From Lama glama (lineage: Eukaryota), in the NCBI GenBank assembly GCA_028534125.1, contig CM052816.1:24182001-24246000 (forward strand): DNA of 64,000 bases, read 5' to 3'. Of the stretch, positions 26,394-37,483 are shown one piece after another; the stretch's first letter is position 1, and each line of letters starts with the position of its first letter. Both the position numbers and the translations under genes were made by a program. The notes under the pieces are model-generated. The model was not told where the DNA came from. It did not search any database and saw only the letters and a list, made by a program, of their open reading frames with translations.

Positions 26394-26511
26394 CTTTAAA
26401 AAAAATATTAGGTTTATCTATTTATTTCTTTTGGTGGAGGTACTGGGGATTGAACCCAGGACCTCGTGCATGCTAGGCATGCACTCTACCACTGAGCTAT
26501 ACCCTCCCCAC
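26394..26511 (-). mobile_element. Young tRNA-Ala-derived SINE (camelid Vic-1-like)
   Basis: Reverse complement ggggagggtatagctcagtggtagagtgcatgcctagcatgcacgaggtcctgggttcaatccccagtacctcc with A/B boxes and A-rich tail; 14-bp TSD taaaatacttctta at 26380-26393 and 26512-26525. Confidence 0.9.
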
Positions 26512-26991
26512 TAAAATACTTCTTAAAGGGTTGAGCAGATTTTTGTTTCTGACAAGTTAACTCAGCCTAATTCTTGCCTATAAGTTCCTCTGAGTACAGC
26601 TCTGTGTTTCCCCACCTCTTATAGCAGAGGGGCATAGATCTCAGAAGTAATAGCCTTAGCCTTCAGCTGGAGACTTGTGCAGCTTACTTATTGTTTCCTT
26701 GACTGTAGAGGTAGCTGGGCATTGTTGAATGCTTGCCAATAAGATAAGCTGTCTCTGGGAATAAAAAACATCTCAGGAAACCTCTACATTTTAGGGGATC
26801 ATCAGGATACTGGCAAAATCTGCCGGTGAAATTTGCTTACAGAAACCAATTAGACACACAGCTAGTCCATACATTTGGATTTTTCACATTCTAAATTCTG
26901 TTTTACTTGGAATACAGTGAATATTGAGGCATCATGGAGACTTCCCAAACATCTGGGCCTGACACTCCTGGACTCCAAGAAGCAATTCTGA

Positions 26992-27273
<282 letters not shown>

Positions 27274-27478
27274 TAGGGAAGGAAAGCAATGGTATAAACT
27301 TTCTGCAAGCCTGATCAGTTTTCCAGTTCTAGTTACAACAGTGATAACTCTTATCCCACCCAGATACCTCACTGTCTCACAATTACTAAAGGATAAATTA
27401 ATATTTTTACTAGTTGTCCTACCCCCACATTGAAAGAAAAGAATTATTAGATGTTTACAAATATATCACTTAGAAATG

Positions 27479-28161
27479 TAGTCAATTCTTGTTTTTTGTG
27501 ATAGTTGTGTTTTATAAAATCACCAGAAACACTGACTTAACGAGTACTGAACCACTGCTCCTAAGGGAAATATAGAATTAGATTCCTATGAGCTCTGGTC
27601 ACAACATTTTTGCCAACTGATCAATACATAACCTTGTTTTATGTGTGTTTCTGTTTAAAAGTGCCTTATTTAATATATATTGTTGGTTCATTAACATTGA
27701 ACTCACAGCCAACAGCACTGTAACTTACACCTGAACAAAGCTTAGTGACTTATGTATGAACAAATCTCATCTAACACAATATTTTCTCCATGAGGCCCAT
27801 CACAGCCTTTTTGTGCTTAGAAAACACTAGACAGCACTTCAGCACTTACTTGGGCCATTTTAAATGTCAAAATCACCAACAAAAAGGACAAAAATGTGAA
27901 AAGCAAAGCATGGCACTAAATAGATCATGAAAAGGACACTTATTTACAGAATGAGAGCTGGAACAAGAAGGCAGAGCATTGTCTTGTCCCACCTCTGCCA
28001 GGAATGTGCACTCTGGGCAACTCAGGTTTTTCACTGGTCTGTGCACCTGCATGTCTGTGAATGACTGTGAAAGCTTGAGTACTGATTTTGGGGTTACAAG
28101 TAAGTTTTAGCAAATAAGTGAATTCGCAAATACAGAATCCACAAATAATGAGGACTGACTG
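27479..28161 (-). mobile_element. MER82-like Tigger DNA transposon, near full length
   Basis: Terminus gaattcgcaaatacagaatccacaaataatgaggactgactg-ta with matching degenerate TIR tagtcaattcttgttt at the left end. Confidence 0.8.
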
Positions 28162-28809
28162 TACTTACTTTCTTACCTCTAACACTAGTTATAAGCCATA
28201 AAGCTGGTTTAAATTTTTTAAGAGCTTTTTCCTCTAAAATTTATAATACAGACATTATTGATTTCCTTTTGCTAGTTAACATTGCTTTGTGTGATTTATA
28301 ATCAAAAAAGAAATAAAGTGCAGGACCACAGAATTAACTTTAGTGAATGATACTGCAATTCACATAAAAAGGGTCTCCAGATTTCAGGCATTTAAGCAAT
28401 CTGAATATATCTGACAGTTATCTAATAATCTTTTAAAATTAATTTCTCATTGAGAATAGTTAAGCTAAACTACTTTTCATATACTGCATATACTGCACTA
28501 TTGGAAATTATGGAACAAAAATATTTCAGCCTCTGTTCATATTTCATCATATGAGAAATCCTTGTGAAAATCAACCACAAAACTAAAATAATCCCTTAAG
28601 GCTAGTGATGCTCACTTAACCTAACTATTCTGCACTGTTTTTCAGTTTGGACAACAGCCAAGTTAGCCAAAAACATTTGCCAAAAGAACCCCACTAATCT
28701 TCCATTCAGCTTAAAACTTGTACCGAACCCTTCATTTGTGTCATTAGACATATAATAAAATATTACTCTTAGCTCCAGGAGTTCACAGTCCACTGAAAGA
28801 AAAAGTACA

Positions 28810-29281
28810 GTATCAGGTCTCTTTCAGTTACAAATAATAGAAAGAGTACTTCCCAGAGTGGCTTCAACAAAAAAAGGATTTTATGGGTTGGTCTGGTTTC
28901 AGGAGTAGCTTGATTCTAAAACGTACGCATATTAGCTTCAGTCTCTTCAGCATCACATCCTGTGTGCTAAATCTGTGCTCACTCTAGCTCTTCAGATGGA
29001 TAACTGCAGAGATCCCAAGCCCCAGATCTCATATTTCGGGTATCTACAGAAAAAGCTTCACACTACCCATTGGTTCTGATTGGCTGATCCCTGAGCCATT
29101 TGTAAGTGGAAGGGATAGGATGTGCTGGATGCCTCGGCCTAAATCAGGTGCTCCACCCTCTTTGTTCAGGGATAGAGTCAGCCACATGCTGCGAGCAGTT
29201 CCTGAGGCAAAATCACAGCATTTTTGCTTGTAAGAAAGGGGAGTGGGTGGTTGACAGCCAACCCAACAAATGTCCACTACA
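28810..29281 (-). mobile_element. Old MaLR LTR (MLT1J/K-like)
   Basis: tttcagttacaaataatagaaa...ctgattggctgatccctgagcca...aaatgtccactaca. Confidence 0.55.
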
Positions 29282-29478
29282 ATTCAGCAACAGAGTAAGT
29301 AAGTGCTTTATTAGCATGATGGAAAATCCTAGACAAGGATGTACAAATGTTCCAGACTGCTAGGTCTTGTTATTTTTCAGCTCATATATTTCTTTAAAAT
29401 TTGATGAAACTTTCCTAATAAAAATACATACACACGTGATAATTTACACAGGCTTCCATGGTCCCCTGGTTTTAAAAG

Positions 29479-29510
29479 AAACAAACAAACAAATAAATAA
29501 ATAAATAAAA
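29479..29510. repeat. (AAAC)n(AAAT)n compound microsatellite
   Basis: Seen directly. Confidence 0.85.
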
Positions 29511-30721
29511 TTAAAAACCTGATGCATGCTCTACTAAAGTTTTTTGTTATAAAAGCAAAAAGTGCCAAATTTGGTACTTCTGCAATTTAGCTCGTTCTTG
29601 TTTTGCTTTTGCTTTTAAGATCCTCTCTTGACTTTTTGAAACTTTCTCAGAAAATTTCAACATGGTAATCTTAAAACGTCACAGACTATCTATTATGTTT
29701 TTGTTGACACTGCTAATAATAACATAAATGAGCCTAACTCTCTGAAGCAAGAAAACAGGGCCAGAAAGACCTTTATAAAGGAAACCTATCTTTTGATGAT
29801 TTGGGTCCTTATTTCAAAATAAGGTGAGTTACTGGAGGAAGGACCTCTCTAACAGCTTATCTTTTCCTGTCATGTTAAAGATCATGTTAAAGAGCATATT
29901 TTAGACAAGCATCAGTAATGTTGAATCTATTTTACACTCATACAAGAGAATCTATAGTAGTCCCCGCTTATAGAGTCAAGGCCTGAGAAGCCTTTAAAAT
30001 CTGCCGATGATCCACAGCATTCTCGGCAGACTTCTCCACGAGATGATTAGGATGCACACAATTGTCACTAAAATTTGCGTGCTTCTAAGGTGGAGAGTTT
30101 GTCTGGGAAACCTATTGCTGACACTCGTAATGAGAAAACAGACAAAAACATTAAGGAGTTGGTACAGTCATCACCCAAAGTAAAGAGACTTTTCCCTTTT
30201 TAAAGATGGGGCGATCACTAACTCCATCCCAATGGGTGTATTCCTGTGGACTAATCAGAGAAAACAGGCTGGCAAAGCTCAGTGGCTCCCAGTCAAAACA
30301 GACTTTAAGCCATTCTGGTGATGTCAGCCAGGCCAGGAGGATGCTCCCGACCTAGGAAGGACAGAGCCCTAGCACTACAGATCACTGAAAAATAATCTTC
30401 CCAGATATCAATAAGATGAAGCCAGGAATAAAAGATGTAAGCATCTAAATGTATTCTGTGCACACAATATAAGCATCAAAATTTATTAGATAGATTTGTC
30501 AAGAAAAATCAAAACGCAACAACCGAAAAATGCTGAAAGCCCACTTACCATGAACTACTAGCTATTTATAAGGTTCTATGGCAGTGTTTGGCTTTGGGAA
30601 TAAAACAGTGTAATTAACCTGGTAGAAAATAGTCCTTTAAAAGTAAGTATAATCTGCTGCTTGTGGTTTTTGTCAGGCTGAATGCCATTCTTTGGGTTCA
30701 ATGGCTTTTTTCTTCCTGTAG

Positions 30722-30874
<153 letters not shown>

Positions 30875-31433
30875 TGATTTTTCATTTAAATTTTCTTTCT
30901 ATTCTACAGAGAGAGATTTTAGTGCTAATTTCCATAAAACTCATTACACCTAAGTGTTTTTTCTCAGAGCAGTACTGGTTTTCTTACTCTGACTCTTAGA
31001 ATGAGTCAAAGTTAACCAGCAGGTGCAATATCCGTGCTTTCTTTAAACTTTTGTCCCTGTTCCTTTTATCTCATTTTATCATTTCCATGGAAGTGTTTTC
31101 CTGTAGCAAACCATGACACATTTCCCATTCTTCCAGCCGAAACATGTCTGTATTGATTCTTAGGCACCTTCCCAGATGGGACGTAGTTTATTTCATTGAA
31201 AACTAAGTAGTGCCAGGAAGCTGAATGTGACAAGTGCCACAGAAAAGCAGCAAAATCAGGAATTAGGGAATATAATGAAATCAGGGTCATTAGATGACTT
31301 TGGACCTCAAATAAACAAACAACAGTAAAAATCTCTCAGCATTAGAACCAGTCTGGGGGTTGCTTTTTCACTATAGCCATCGCACTGTTCTGTGTTCTCT
31401 GAAATATAGAGCTTTAATCTGTCTCTGTTTCAG

Positions 31434-31610
31434 TTTATTTTACAGGAGGTGGACATCACACTTCCAGAGAACTCTGCTTGGTATGAAAAGTATAAATTTG
31501 ATATCCCCGTCTTTCATTTGAATGGCGAGTTTCTGATGATGCATCGAGTAAACATCTCAAAACTTGAAAAACAGCTCCAGAAACTTGAGCAGCAAGTTGG
31601 GGGAGGCTGA
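31434..31610 (+). CDS. C5orf63: C5orf63 homolog, last coding exon (FILQEVDITLPENSAWYEKYKFDIPVFHLNGEFLMMHRVNISKLEKQLQKLEQQVGGG*)
   Basis: Acceptor ctgtctctgtttcag|, in frame, glutaredoxin cis-Pro motif DIPV, stop TGA 31608-31610 followed by TAA; total protein 115 aa. Confidence 0.95.
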   Translation, partial: FILQEVDITLPENSAWYEKYKFDIPVFHLNGEFLMMHRVNISKLEKQLQKLEQQVGGG

Positions 31611-31736
31611 TAAACGCCCTCATGACTTTCTACCCTCTCTGTCCAGAACGCGTTTTCCTAAGGAAATGACCGTGGTCTCATACTCCTTTTGTCACTTTCA
31701 TACAGCTCTATGGAGGTTCTGAACGCAACATTACGA

Positions 31737-32070
31737 AATAAATGGTGGCATTCCTTTTCTTATTAATGGAAGTACCAATAACAAAACAGTGAGAACTGTT
31801 TACCTGTTGGCATTTTATAAAATAAGAGGAGTGTATTGGCAGGGAGGGGATGATGGAGGGCAGGAGAAATCCACTTGTTTTATTTATTTCTCTCTTTTGT
31901 ACTAATATGGAAGCATTTCACATTCACTGGACAGAGCCATTTGTACGAAGAAGGCTCTGTGTCCCTGCTGCTGCCCTAAGGGCTTAACTTTTTAATGAAA
32001 GAATAAATGTTCTTCCACTTGGTAGATAAAGTGAAATGTGAACTGTAAATAGCAGCACACAGTCAATAAA
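31737..32070 (+). terminator. C5orf63: Candidate polyadenylation signals of C5orf63
   Basis: AATAAA at 31737-31742, 32002-32007 and 32065-32070. Confidence 0.65.
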
Positions 32071-33038
32071 GGGATGTTTTAACAAATATATCTGCATGAA
32101 GTCTATTTCAGGGGAATTTAATAATACCTGTTTAAAATTAGAGCTCTCTTTTTTTTGGGGGGGGGGTGGTAGAAGAGAATAATTATCCTAACTGAAGGAG
32201 CTTTATCTGAGAAAAACAAAAGACTTAAACCCCCAAATGTATCTAAGAATCTCAGTATGTTTCACACGTAGTCACTGAATTGATTTGTAATATCTGAGTA
32301 CTATCTTTGATAGTTCTTCAGTTATCATCAGTAGAATTAATTCAGCTTATTTTAAGACAGTAGTTTTATAAGGTTTTAATATCTTGGGGAAATTCATGTC
32401 TTACCAGAACTGAACAGATGTGTCATCTAAAGACAAAATATTCTTCACCATTTTATGTAAAGTATTAAAAATATAGTTGCATACTCTTATTTATATCTAG
32501 TCAGGTTTAGCCAATAGAGATATGGATTCATTTAAAAACAAAACTGCCTTTTTCTCCTAATATCACATCACTGCAATTTCATCCATAATGAAATGCTTTT
32601 GTTAACTATTTCAATGAATTTGGATATTATGAGTCACTTGCCTAGATTTTAATTTTATCAGTATGAATTAGTCTTAGAAATTATAGGATTTTAGATCTGC
32701 CAAACTTAGACATTGTCTAGTCCCACCTCCCTCATTTTATACATGCAGAGGAATGTGACATTCAGAAACTTAGCCTAAGGTCACACAGTCAGCCAGCTGT
32801 CAGACCAGGTCTTGCTATCCACCGCAAATTTTTAATACTACCTGGGCTCACTGTGGGGGCCTTATATTATTTCACATAAAGCACAAAAAGCATCTTTAAC
32901 CAACACAAATAAAGAATGAACTTTAAAAGCCTTCCACAGTGACAATAGAAAAAAAATCTTACAATTGAATAGTTGTGTTTCTAATTTATAAATTTCTGGA
33001 ACACATCTTATTTGATTTTATAAATATTCATTGAGTCC

Positions 33039-33632
33039 TGTGGTAGACAAAATTCTAGGATGATCCCCATGAACCATCACCCTTGAATTCTGCCCACTTT
33101 GAGGACAGAATGAAATATCCCTGCTGTAATTATGTTACATTACCTGGCAAAAGGATAATTATCCAGGGTGGGCCTGATCTAAATGGGTGAACCCTTTAAA
33201 AGCAAAGAGTTCTCTCTGGCTGCCTATGGAGGAGGAAATCAAAGAGATGTGCTCCAGCTAGCCTGGAAGGAAGCAAACATCAATGCTGTGAACTGCCCAG
33301 TGGGGCCACAAGGCAAGAAACTGTGGGCAACCTCTAGGAGCTGACAGTAGTTCTTGGCCAGCAGCTAACAGGAAAATGGGGTCATCAGTCCTATAGCTTC
33401 AAGGAGATAAACAATTGGTGTCAACAACTGGTGAGCCTAGAAGATCCTGAGCCCCAGATGAGAACCACAGGCCTGGTTAACACCCTGAGTTCTGCTCAGT
33501 GAGACTGATCAGAGAATCCAGCCACACCATGCCCAGACCTCTAATTGCAAATGCTGTGAAATAATAAATGTGTGTTGCTTCAAATTGCTAAGTTTGTGGT
33601 GATTTGTTACACATCAATTGAAAGCTAACAGA
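33039..33632 (+). mobile_element. MaLR solo LTR (MLT1E/F-like) inserted into an L2
   Basis: tgtggtagacaaaattctaggatgatcccc...ctaagtttgtggtgatttgttacacatcaattgaaagctaac; degenerate TSD agtcc/agttc. Confidence 0.8.
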
Positions 33633-33639
33633 AGTTCCT

Positions 33640-34010
33640 CCAAAACTGAAGCACAATGGTAGGTGGTGGGAGTACAAAAATGAATAAGGCAGTCCTTGTC
33701 TGAGAGACACTCACTGTCTCAGGGAGCAGGGAGAGGCAAGTTCACAAAGCATTATGACACAGTGCTATGAGAGCTGAAGCTGAGACATGTGAAAAATGGT
33801 ACAGCAGCCAGATGGTGAAATTGGCAGGAAGGCCTCACAGAATATTAGACTTAAACTAGGTGAAAAATAAAAGTGTAGAAGGGTATGGCATATTTAGAAC
33901 TAGCGAGTGGTTTTGTGTGGAGTAAAGGGGAGGGGAGTGAAGGACATGAGACTGACAAGACACTGGGGTCCACATTGTGAAGGACCTCAGGAAATGTGAC
34001 TTTTTTCCCT
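33640..34010 (-). mobile_element. L2 fragment
   Basis: gtacaaaaatgaataaggcagtccttgtc..., continuing from aaatattcattgag at ~33023. Confidence 0.55.
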
Positions 34011-35358
34011 ACAACAGTGTCCTCCCCTGCTTCCTACCCTGATCCAGAGTCAGCCCTTCTGGCTCCTGAGTGCTCAGAGCTATCTGGCCTCTACTCCAGC
34101 CTTTCCAGTCCTCAAGCATGCTAAGCTCAAAAGTCCCCCTAGTAGCCCTGCAGGACATTCACGTCTTCATACAACATAGACAAGATCACCCACTCGTGTG
34201 TCTGGGCACCCTGTGTTCCTTCCTCCCTGCTCCAGGCCACTATAAAGCTGAATGGCCCGTGTCCCAGGATTGCTGATCCTTCTCCTGGGCCACCAGTGGG
34301 AAAGGTTCCGAGTTTCAGGGCCTGCTGAGCTCAGATGGAGAGAAGCCACTGGTTCCCTTCAGAAACCAGGGCTGTCCAGACACCCTGGGGCTTTGCTCTT
34401 TTGGAGCCCATCTTACCTGAGTATAGCCACGTGGTCATAAGTGTATAGGATGTATAGGGACTTCATCCAGACAACACATTTCTGATGTTACAATTTCAAA
34501 CAAGCAAACGAAAATCTACCATATACTACAGGGTGTTAAAACTAAAGTGTTGGCTGAGGCACCAAGACACATGAGGTACTATATTCCAGAGGAAATACCA
34601 GATCACATAAAGATTGCTGAAGACTTGGAGAGAGGGTATTTGGAGGATTTTATTAAAGAAAGGTGTGCTCTCACTTCCTGCCAAAGTAAAAGGTGGGGGT
34701 CACGTAATGTCAAGAGAAAGAGACATAAGCGGGACTCATCAGAAAGCCTAATGTATGTGGTCATGTGATTAAAGACTCCTGGAGCCCTCAGTAATCCCTC
34801 TGGTCCCAGCAGCTGGCAGGTCAAAAGGCAGCTATCTAGAAACACATTATCTAAAAATGTGGTTTGATTATCCCACTGTTGATGAGTATCAGACAATGTT
34901 GTATAACTTACTATAGTCATTTTCATACAGTATTTGTAGCATCAATTACTTTTCCTTTCTAAAATTATGTTTAAGGACCGATTTGTTTTTAAATAAAGAC
35001 TGATTTTAACTTGTAATATTGTAGCTTGTAATATTCTCCCACTCCCAAAGGAAATCGTGATATAATCTTTTTTCCTAAGCTAATGCTTTAAAAGGAAGTG
35101 GAATTAACATAGGATTCGGACTACATATTGCTGCTCTTGGGTACAGTGCTGCTTTCTTCCAGATGTCCCATCATAACATTGTAAGGGCTTACTGGATCAC
35201 ATAACTCTTTGGTCAATTTATCGAAGGAGGCAGGGGTTCACTTAGACTAGGTTTGTTTTGTTTGTTTGCTTATAATAATGCAGCGACTTATGGAAATCTG
35301 ACAAGAGGAATCACAGCAGGGCCAGGCCTTAAGAAGTCCTCTTAAAGAGCCACAGAAA

Positions 35359-35686
35359 GGATATAATCTACAGCACAATAAATACAATCAACACTGCTGT
35401 ATGCTATGTATGAAAGTTGTTAAGAGAGTTAACTCCTAAGAGTTATCACAAGAAAAAAAATTTGGTCTATTTCTTTAATTCTGTATCCATGTGAGCTGAT
35501 GGAATTTCACTAAACTTATTGTGGTAATCACTTCACAATGTAAGTAAGTCAAATCACCATGCTGTACGCCTTCAAGATTCAGGGCTGTATGTCAATTATA
35601 TCTCAGTAAAACTGGAAAAATAAAGCAATGGGCCAATATGAATTGTTTTAATTCTATTAAATACAAATGGTAAATTAAAAAAAAAA
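35359..35686 (+). mobile_element. 5'-truncated L1 3' end carrying a short 3' transduction
   Basis: tgaaagttgttaagagag...ctgtatgtcaattatatctcagtaaaactggaaaaa L1 terminus, then 52 nt of unique sequence and poly(A); TSD aaagagccacagaaa (35344-35358) / aaagaaccacagaaa (35687-35701). Confidence 0.85.
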
Positions 35687-36139
35687 AAAGAACCACAGAA
35701 ACTGAGGCAGTACCCTACTCACAGAGCCTCAGCTTCTTTCTTTCCCTGTTCTCTCCTTACTGTCTCCTCTTTACTCAGTATCTGCTTTCTCATAACTTCG
35801 GCTTGCTCATGCCCACATTCCTGCAGACCCTTCTGTTCAGCAGTACAACAATCCTAGTCCCTGAGCTTCTCTACTCTGAAACTCCAGAAGAGGAATTTTA
35901 CTCAGCTTGTATTTCACAACCAGCCACCCAAGTCATACATTGGCTGATCAAGCCTGTAGACAGAGCCACCCTTGGGTCAAGCACCCATCCCTGGCCTAAT
36001 CTGCCATGGGGACCCATCAGGTGGTATGCAAATCATACCCTCTGCCCACTCAGCAGAGACTGGAAGCATGGCTGGCAATGATCAGGAAGTCTGGTACACA
36101 TCCAGGAAGTTTAAGAACGTGTTCTTCCGCCACATTCAA

Positions 36140-36990
36140 GAGAAGTCAAGAGAAACAGTTTGGTAAGTTCGTTTACCTCCTACTCATGGGAGTGGATGAG
36201 AACTTGAACCAGGGCAATGGGAAGTAAACAGATAACAGGACATGTTCAGGAGATGGGTTGACAAAACTTCATGATCGGCTGGAGAGGTGGGGGAAGAGTG
36301 AGTAGAGGGAAAGCATGAAGTCGGGGAGAACTCCCTGTCTTCCTGCAGTGGCTGTTAACCAAATCCTGGTACTTGCCATTCACTGAGAGAAAGAGTATAA
36401 GAAGAAGGGAGGTTAGTTTTTTGGTTATACTTGGTGAATGGCAAAGATGGAATGTGGGGAATTTGCTAAGCTTGTGGGACATCCAGGTAAAGATTAAATC
36501 TGGAAGTTCAAATCAGAGGTCTGGGCTTGAGGTACTGACTTGAGAGCTTCCAGAATGTGGCTGGAACTGCATCTATCGGGAATATGAGGAGAAAAGCAGA
36601 CTAGGACCAAGTCCTTGGGAATACCAATCTTGACCACATGGGTAGAGGAAGGGCCAACGAAGGAATGTAAGCATGAGAGGTGACAGAACTAGGAGTGGGA
36701 AAGTTCATCCAATTTGTATTAATCAATGTCTTTCATTATTTGATAGCGTAAAGACTATTCTAAGCATTGGGGATAGAGCAGCAAACAAGATAGCCTAGGT
36801 TTCTACTCAGGGACTTGCATTCTAGAAGGAGAGACAGACAACAAAAATATCCCAAGAATAACAAAATAAAATAACCCATATCTTGAAGTCAGAGGAGGAA
36901 TCTTTCCCGGAGTAACTGACAGTACACCAAACATCAACTGAGCTAGGATGGGGACTGAAAAGAAGACGATGGATTTGAAAGTTAGGATAT
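36140..36990 (-). mobile_element. L2 fragments
   Basis: Purine-rich reverse L2 motifs (agaggtctgggcttgagg; aagcattggggatagagcagcaaacaaga). Confidence 0.55.
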
Positions 36991-36996
36991 CTATGC

Positions 36997-37483
36997 TGTG
37001 GTAAGCCGAAAAATGGTCCCCCAAGTATCCAGTACCTAATCACTGGAAACTGTGAGTGTTACCTAATATGGAAAAGGAACTTTGCAGATGCAATTAAGTA
37101 AAGGATCTTAAGATGAGGAAATTATCATAGATAATCCAGGTCAATTCCAAATGTAACCACAAGTGCCCTTATGAAAGGGAGAAAGAGGGAGATGTGACTA
37201 CAGACAGGAGGTGAGAGACGTGACAACGGAAGCAAGAGGTTGGAGGGATATGTGAGAGGGGCCCTAAGCAAGGAATCCAAGTGGCCTCCAGGAGCTAGAA
37301 AAAGCAAAGAAACAGATTCTCCCCTAGAGCCTTCAGGAGCAAGCCCTGCCAGCATCTTGACTTTAGCCCAGTGAAAGTAACTTCAGACTTCTGGCCTACA
37401 GAACTGTCGGAGAATAAACTTGTGTCGCTTTAAGCCACCCAGTTTGTGGTGATTTGTTACAGCAGCATTAGGAAACTAATACA
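36997..37483 (+). mobile_element. MaLR solo LTR (MLT1D-like)
   Basis: tgtggtaagccgaaaaatggtccccc...ctttgcagatgcaattaagtaaaggatct...agcagcattaggaaactaataca. Confidence 0.9.

Noticed and set aside
26435..26509. tRNA-Ala gene
   Set aside because: A-rich tail and 14-bp TSD mark it as a tRNA-derived SINE.
31596..31672. Possible C-terminal selenocysteine (…GGG-TGA-TAA, reminiscent of SELENOS/SELENOK GG-U ends) with a SECIS-like ATGAC…TGAC just downstream
   Set aside because: The motif is only ~11 nt from the TGA, too close for SECIS function; helix II pairs poorly and the apical AA is misplaced. TGA-TAA is simply a double stop.
34547..34768. Protein-like 73-aa ORF (…IPEEIPDHIKIAEDLERGYLEDFIKE…) as a viral or pseudogene fragment
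   Set aside because: No family recognised, and no TSD, poly(A) tail or splice context; only a BLAST hit could rescue it.
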